Assembly (NCBI GenBank): GCA_049516875.1
Contig: JBEKSS010000009.1
Coordinates: 62,833 to 126,832, forward strand
Source: Candidatus Bathyarchaeia archaeon
GTDB taxonomy: Archaea; Thermoproteota; Bathyarchaeia; Bathyarchaeales; Bathycorpusculaceae
Direction: 5' to 3'
DNA: 64,000 bases
The notes beneath the pieces are model-generated. The model saw only the letters and a list, made by a program, of their open reading frames with translations. It was not told the DNA's origin and did no database searches. Positions 59,657 through 64,000 of this stretch are shown here, one piece after another (the stretch's first letter is position 1; each line of letters starts with the position of its first letter). Both the position numbers and the translations under genes were made by a program.

Positions 59657-59694
59657 GCGCGCGCCAGTATTCATTAAACGTTAGAGTGCGCGCA

Positions 59695-60261
59695 CTATTC
59701 GTGGTTACTTTGATTCTGTGATTCCTTCTCTTTCTCCTTCTTGATCTTTCGAATCATGGCTCTCTTTTCAAAGAACCTTTCAATTCTTGAATTTTTTAAG
59801 TAATTAGAAATCGCACGACCATCGCTCTTTGCTTCCGCCATAACTGGACGGATTTCCTCGCGTAGTTCGTCTGGTACATCCTCAAGAGTAAATTCCTCTT
59901 TTTTATCAGGCACTGCTACGCCCATTATTGTTCTTGTTGGTGGCTCAGGTTTTGGCTGAATCGCTTTCACAGCGTTCCGTATTTTTTCAGTCGTGCTCTT
60001 CTTAGGCTGATGCTTCTTATCTTCCATTTCTTGACGCACCTCGTCTTCCAGAATCTCTTTTCTTGACCTATGCTTGTTTCTCTCTTCCTGTTCGTACTTC
60101 TCTTTCAAGTCAAGCATTTCTCTGGAAGCTCGCACTCCGCTACTCGCTCTCGGCAATTTCGCTTTACGGTATTGTTGGCTTTCGTCGTCAATTATGAAAG
60201 ATTTTCCAATCTGGCGGGAAGTTCCATGCGTTCGCTTTCTCCATTTCCGTTTATGAGACAT
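59695..60261 (-). CDS. Basic/charged hypothetical protein (element core operon)
   Basis: Co-directional overlapping operon; ends at GCGCGC 59688. Confidence 0.6.
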   Translation of the reverse strand: MSHKRKWRKRTHGTSRQIGKSFIIDDESQQYRKAKLPRASSGVRASREMLDLKEKYEQEERNKHRSRKEILEDEVRQEMEDKKHQPKKSTTEKIRNAVKAIQPKPEPPTRTIMGVAVPDKKEEFTLEDVPDELREEIRPVMAEAKSDGRAISNYLKNSRIERFFEKRAMIRKIKKEKEKESQNQSNHE

Positions 60262-60493
60262 ACTTCATGTTCTCCTTGTTCTTTATTCTCGTGCGTTCTA
60301 GCCTACGCCTTTCTTTATGCATTTTATCGTCCGTTTCAAGTTGAGCAAAAGCGACCTTAATGTTAGGTGGTTCATTCTCTTTCTCTTGCAAATGTCCGAC
60401 TTCACGAGATAACACAACCAGCACTTTATCCACTCTTTTTGAATCTCGTTCTAGCTGAGCTAGACGCTCCGCTACAGTCTTTCGTTTGTGCAT
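60251..60493 (-). CDS. Small coiled-coil hypothetical protein
   Basis: GGAG RBS; overlaps its neighbour. Confidence 0.5.
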   Translation of the reverse strand: MHKRKTVAERLAQLERDSKRVDKVLVVLSREVGHLQEKENEPPNIKVAFAQLETDDKMHKERRRLERTRIKNKENMKYVS

Positions 60494-60512
60494 TTAGAAA
60501 ACACTCCTTTGT

Positions 60513-60773
60513 CTAGGTGATTACGTTTACCACTTTTACGTCGCCAACTATAGCGAGAACTCTGCGTATTTCTTCTTGCCAGTAAGCACGAAAGCCTACG
60601 AAATTAGTGTCAAGCTCAGGAATACGTCTAACCTTTATCTTTATGATTGCAAAAACAGCAACCATTTCCGTAGGTGGTGGTTGGTTATGTTCGGTATTCC
60701 GAGATTGCAATTCGTTCAGTTCGACTCGTTCACCTTTCTTTTCATTTTCAGCAACCATTTTACGCACCTCCTT
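60513..60773 (-). CDS. Hypothetical protein (start uncertain, probably near 60760)
   Basis: GGAGG upstream of MVAENE...; part of the operon. Confidence 0.45.
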   Translation of the reverse strand, partial: KEVRKMVAENEKKGERVELNELQSRNTEHNQPPPTEMVAVFAIIKIKVRRIPELDTNFVGFRAYWQEEIRRVLAIVGDVKVVNVIT

Positions 60774-61215
60774 CCGATCCAAGTCTCCGATTATCCGCCC
60801 AAAATGTAGCATATTCCCAACAGCCTTCACTATCGCCATTAGGAATGTACTTGTAAAAGACTGGATAGCTCTTTTTGCGGTTCTTCAGGTTAATCCTTTC
60901 CTCTATCGTTCCGTACTTCCGCATCCAAACGAATTTCTTGTTCACGAGTCCAGCTTTTAGAACGTTTTCCAGATGGCAGAGAATCTCTTGCCAAGAGAGA
61001 TGCTTTCCGAATATGCTTGTAAAATTGGCTAGACGGTTTCCATCTAGGTCAAGTTGATAAGGCTCGCTACTTTTCATTATCAGAACGCTCCCGATATTGT
61101 AAAATCTTGAGTATTTTTTGCAATATTCTACAAGATAGGACGGTAACGCCAAGTCACTATCCAACATGAGGAATCTGTCTGTGCTCCAGCCTACAATCGG
61201 ATATCCTTCGTTCAT
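60760..61215 (-). CDS. Possible small AEP (primase-polymerase)-like protein
   Basis: hhhDhD (FLMLDSD), KSS...N.hhF and distal R.. K; the expected His is absent. Confidence 0.4.
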   Translation of the reverse strand: MNEGYPIVGWSTDRFLMLDSDLALPSYLVEYCKKYSRFYNIGSVLIMKSSEPYQLDLDGNRLANFTSIFGKHLSWQEILCHLENVLKAGLVNKKFVWMRKYGTIEERINLKNRKKSYPVFYKYIPNGDSEGCWEYATFWADNRRLGSEGGA

Positions 61216-61228
61216 TCACCCCACCCCC

Positions 61229-61570
61229 TCAAGAAGGTACGCTAACATCATAATTCTCTACTCTTCTGATCCTAACCCAATCAGTTCCTCCAAGAAGAAC
61301 TGCAAAGTCTGGATAAGCCTCGCCTTTTACGTGGACAGGCATTTGATGATCTTCTTTCATTTTTGAACAGACTATTCTTATGTATGTAGCAAGAAGCTTA
61401 CGGTCACGCCACAGCTTTTCACTAATCTTCACTTTGTACTCGAAGCCTCTTAATCCACCGTTTGCATCTCTGTATCTTCCGTAGAACCTAACGTACCTTC
61501 GAGAAGTCTTGACTTTAATTCTCCTGCGGAGAGGAAGTGGTTTAAACTCTGGAATGTTTCTTCCTCGCAT
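61229..61570 (-). CDS. Basic hypothetical protein
   Basis: Arg/Lys-rich; GGGGGT RBS. Confidence 0.55.
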   Translation of the reverse strand: MRGRNIPEFKPLPLRRRIKVKTSRRYVRFYGRYRDANGGLRGFEYKVKISEKLWRDRKLLATYIRIVCSKMKEDHQMPVHVKGEAYPDFAVLLGGTDWVRIRRVENYDVSVPS

Positions 61571-61940
61571 ACTCAACCCCCCCACTCAAAGCTTCTAACA
61601 GCTTTGTCTGACGTTTCTCTTCATGGAGAATTTCGTAAAGGACTTCCACTACGTCCTTATCCTTAGCAGAAGCCATATCCTCTTCTAGAGCCTTCTTCAC
61701 AGGCTTGGAGAATTTCTGTTTAAGTTGCAATACTCCTGTTCTTCTATTAGGATCAGCCTCATCATCTAACTCTTGTAATTTGGCTAGAATTTCTCTACGT
61801 TCTTCTGGAGACTTTGTATGCTCTAGTCTCATACGAAGATCATGTCTCTTATGACAACGAAGCATTATCACTCTACTACGTTCTTTCTGCTCTTTTTCAG
61901 CTTCACTATGATGAAGCGGAATACTATCTGGTAAGCTCAT
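61542..61940 (-). CDS. Coiled-coil hypothetical protein
   Basis: GGAGTGA RBS; part of the operon. Confidence 0.55.
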   Translation of the reverse strand: MSLPDSIPLHHSEAEKEQKERSRVIMLRCHKRHDLRMRLEHTKSPEERREILAKLQELDDEADPNRRTGVLQLKQKFSKPVKKALEEDMASAKDKDVVEVLYEILHEEKRQTKLLEALSGGVEYARKKHSRV

Positions 61941-61946
61941 TTTTCA

Positions 61947-62186
61947 TCACTCCTTTTTGTTCTTTCTCGAAATATTCAAAACAGTGCGTAGACCCATAGC
62001 TTTGTTGATGTCAGCGAGCAAGTATTCGCTTATTTCTACTATCACTTTTCTTCCAAGCTTATCACATCCAATCCTCTTCTTGGCAGTTATAGTAACCCAG
62101 TTGCAATTGCTAATCGACTCTTCCTCTTCCTTTTCTTCTGGTGGGTCAACTTTCACTATTTTGTATGATGCTCCATTTATTCGCAT
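61947..62186 (-). CDS. Small hypothetical protein (possible AbrB-like beta fold)
   Basis: GAGGTG RBS before MRINGASY; ITAKKRIG..KLGRKV. Confidence 0.45.
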   Translation of the reverse strand: MRINGASYKIVKVDPPEEKEEEESISNCNWVTITAKKRIGCDKLGRKVIVEISEYLLADINKAMGLRTVLNISRKNKKE

Positions 62187-62266
62187 GTTTATCACCTCAC
62201 CTTTTTTTCTTTCCATTCCTTCAGAGCTTCCGCTATCACAACTCGCTTTTTCACAAGTGTTCACCT

Positions 62267-63283
62267 TCAAATTTTAAATGGGATTTTATAGTCAGGATTA
62301 AGCTTGTACTTAAACCAACGGTGAGGAGTTTTCCGTATCTCTATTATAGCACCAATTTTTATCAACCTTGAGATACTCTCCCTTACAGTTCCTTCCCAAT
62401 ATCTTCCATGCCATTCCTTCATCATTTCTGAAACGTATATTGATGGTTCTCTCAACTCCTGCCTACTGAAAAGAACACGTATGATGTCTTTATCAATCTC
62501 ACATAACTGAATCTCTTTCTTCTTATACGTGTGTTCAAATATGAATTTCATTGCATTTCCGTTATCTTCAAGTTTTGCAGTAAAAGGCTCTATGTCCAAA
62601 GGAATCCTCCTTTGCACAGGTCGGATATACAATCTCTCAAGATTGGACTTAGCTTTCGATCCTAATACAAAGTAAGTATCAACCTGTTGAAGTATCGCGG
62701 AACTTCCCATGCTCAAATTTCCAATGTTCTCAGTTGACATCATTTCGTCAACGCCTACTATAGACTTTGACGATACGTGATGAAGAAGAATTACCGTCCT
62801 TCCGTTACGTATGACTTGCTCTTTAAATTTCGACAGTACGTTCATATCTTCTGTTGCATTTGGATTCAAGTCTCCGCATACTCTATGCAAGCAATCTATG
62901 ATTATGACTTTAGCCTTTTCACACTTGTTTATCGCACGGACAAGAGAACCGTCGTCAAGATAACACCGCTTAGTCGGTTCAATGTATAGGTTGCATATTT
63001 TCGGTATCTTAATCAACCCTTTGTCTAAAGCCTTGAGCCTTACGATCAAGGTTCTGTCTGGAGTGTCTTGGTCTATGAGCAATACGTTTGACAATAGAGT
63101 TTTCCTTCCCATAAAGTTAGAGCCGCGAATAATGCACTCTGCAAGATACTCTGCCAAGAAAGACTTTCCAACACCTTCTTTTGAAATAAATGCAGTAAGA
63201 GAATCCGCTGGTATTATATCCTTTACCAGAAATCTCTGCGATTTGATAGGCTGATTATGATCAAATGATTCCAAATTTGTCAC
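62267..63283 (-). CDS. AAA_25 / RepA-type (RecA-fold) helicase-like ATPase with C-terminal wHTH
   Basis: Walker A SKEGVGKS, LLIDQD, Walker B IIIDC, LLHH..K, GSSA....VD. Confidence 0.8.
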   Translation of the reverse strand: MTNLESFDHNQPIKSQRFLVKDIIPADSLTAFISKEGVGKSFLAEYLAECIIRGSNFMGRKTLLSNVLLIDQDTPDRTLIVRLKALDKGLIKIPKICNLYIEPTKRCYLDDGSLVRAINKCEKAKVIIIDCLHRVCGDLNPNATEDMNVLSKFKEQVIRNGRTVILLHHVSSKSIVGVDEMMSTENIGNLSMGSSAILQQVDTYFVLGSKAKSNLERLYIRPVQRRIPLDIEPFTAKLEDNGNAMKFIFEHTYKKKEIQLCEIDKDIIRVLFSRQELREPSIYVSEMMKEWHGRYWEGTVRESISRLIKIGAIIEIRKTPHRWFKYKLNPDYKIPFKI

Positions 63284-63336
63284 TACCTTATTCTTTTGTG
63301 AAGAGACTTAAGTCAAGTATTACAAAATCTGCAATA

Positions 63337-63525
63337 TTATCTGATGTCAATACCGTTCCGCTTTACGTCTTTTGAGACTACGTCCATAATGTAGCTAGAC
63401 CGAGACAAGAATCCTCTTCTCTTCTTGACTCTATCTACAGCCCTCAATTCTCTAAGGCTCATAGCCACACTAATCGGTATCTTTATGTCTACTGGATTTT
63501 CCTCACGAATGAACCGTTTTTTCAT
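63337..63525 (-). CDS. Ribbon-helix-helix (CopG-like) DNA-binding protein
   Basis: ISVAMS..EL..VD.......SRSSYI; GGAGG RBS; first gene of the operon. Confidence 0.7.
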   Translation of the reverse strand: MKKRFIREENPVDIKIPISVAMSLRELRAVDRVKKRRGFLSRSSYIMDVVSKDVKRNGIDIR

Positions 63526-63805
63526 TTTTCAAAACCTCCGAAAAATTCTCCCTGCGATTCAGGGTCTCCCCCTTAGAAACTTTTAGGCTCGGCTTCTTTC
63601 TCGCCGAGCGAGTCTCTATACTACAGAGGGGGATACTAACTAATAAGCCCTTCCGATATACCTAGAGATATACTCCATTAAACTCGTTTTTGGCACTTGC
63701 GTAGGAAAATGCCTTCTAAGACTCGCCAAGAACGCTAAGGAATAAAAAACTTCGACCTTGAAAGCCGTTTTGAAGCCTCTTTTCCGAAATCCAGCCTTTT
63801 CCTAT

Positions 63806-64000
63806 CTTTTCAGCCTACCCTCCTACTCTATATAGATCCAACATTACCTTAGGGTTCTTAGGGTTCTTAGCTCCCGACTACTACTACGTACCAGTTGCAC
63901 TATAGAGTACTGATCATAGTGCTAAAGCTTACTGCTAAGCCTTCTCTACGCTGCTGCTCGGATGTTACCACGAGCAGAAACAGCGTGCTCGCATACCAAG
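63806..64000 (-). repeat. Right terminal inverted repeat (truncated by window end)
   Basis: Exact 40-bp and 28-bp inverted matches to the left end, separated by an extra 54 bp (63907-63960). Confidence 0.9.

Larger units (their letters stand above)
54674..64000. mobile_element. Casposon-like element without PolB; right end extends past the window; left end at about 54616 or 54674
   Basis: Long terminal inverted repeats enclose solo cas1, a cargo block and a replication-like operon. Confidence 0.8.

Noticed and set aside
59695-63525. Family B polymerase of a canonical casposon
   Set aside because: The largest ORF is 338 aa and is a P-loop ATPase; no PolB motifs (DxxSLYP, YGDTDS) are visible.
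1-64000. tRNA or rRNA genes, including a tRNA target for the Cas1 element
   Set aside because: I recognised no cloverleaf or rRNA-like sequence by eye; tRNAscan-SE/Infernal would be needed to exclude them.

Overview
Archaeal accessory region, probably Bathyarchaeia (inferred from the archaeosortase, PEF-CTERM surface proteins and wHTH families). I see no rRNA, tRNA or CRISPR array. It is a mosaic of single genes and small operons: a complete NHEJ operon (Pol, Ku, Lig-PE, DUF72), a heavy-metal/arsenic module, an AbiE type IV toxin-antitoxin pair, methyltransferases and surface proteins. Three structures stand out. (1) From about 54.6 kb to beyond the window end lies a TIR-bounded element with an intact-looking solo Cas1 but no PolB, cas2 or array. 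It carries a RepA-like AAA helicase, a possible AEP-like protein, an RHH protein and defence-type cargo, and looks like a PolB-less casposon-like element. (2) Almost every module junction, gene break point and cargo boundary falls on a (TA)GCGCGC(TA) palindrome, which is also the terminus of a 5-copy MITE family. This suggests an integron-like cassette-shuffling system. (3) Nine dispersed GGGATAAAACTTTACCCC hairpin motifs occur in inward-facing arrangements, and one abuts the left end of the Cas1 element. All family assignments come from reading motifs by eye; no searches were run.
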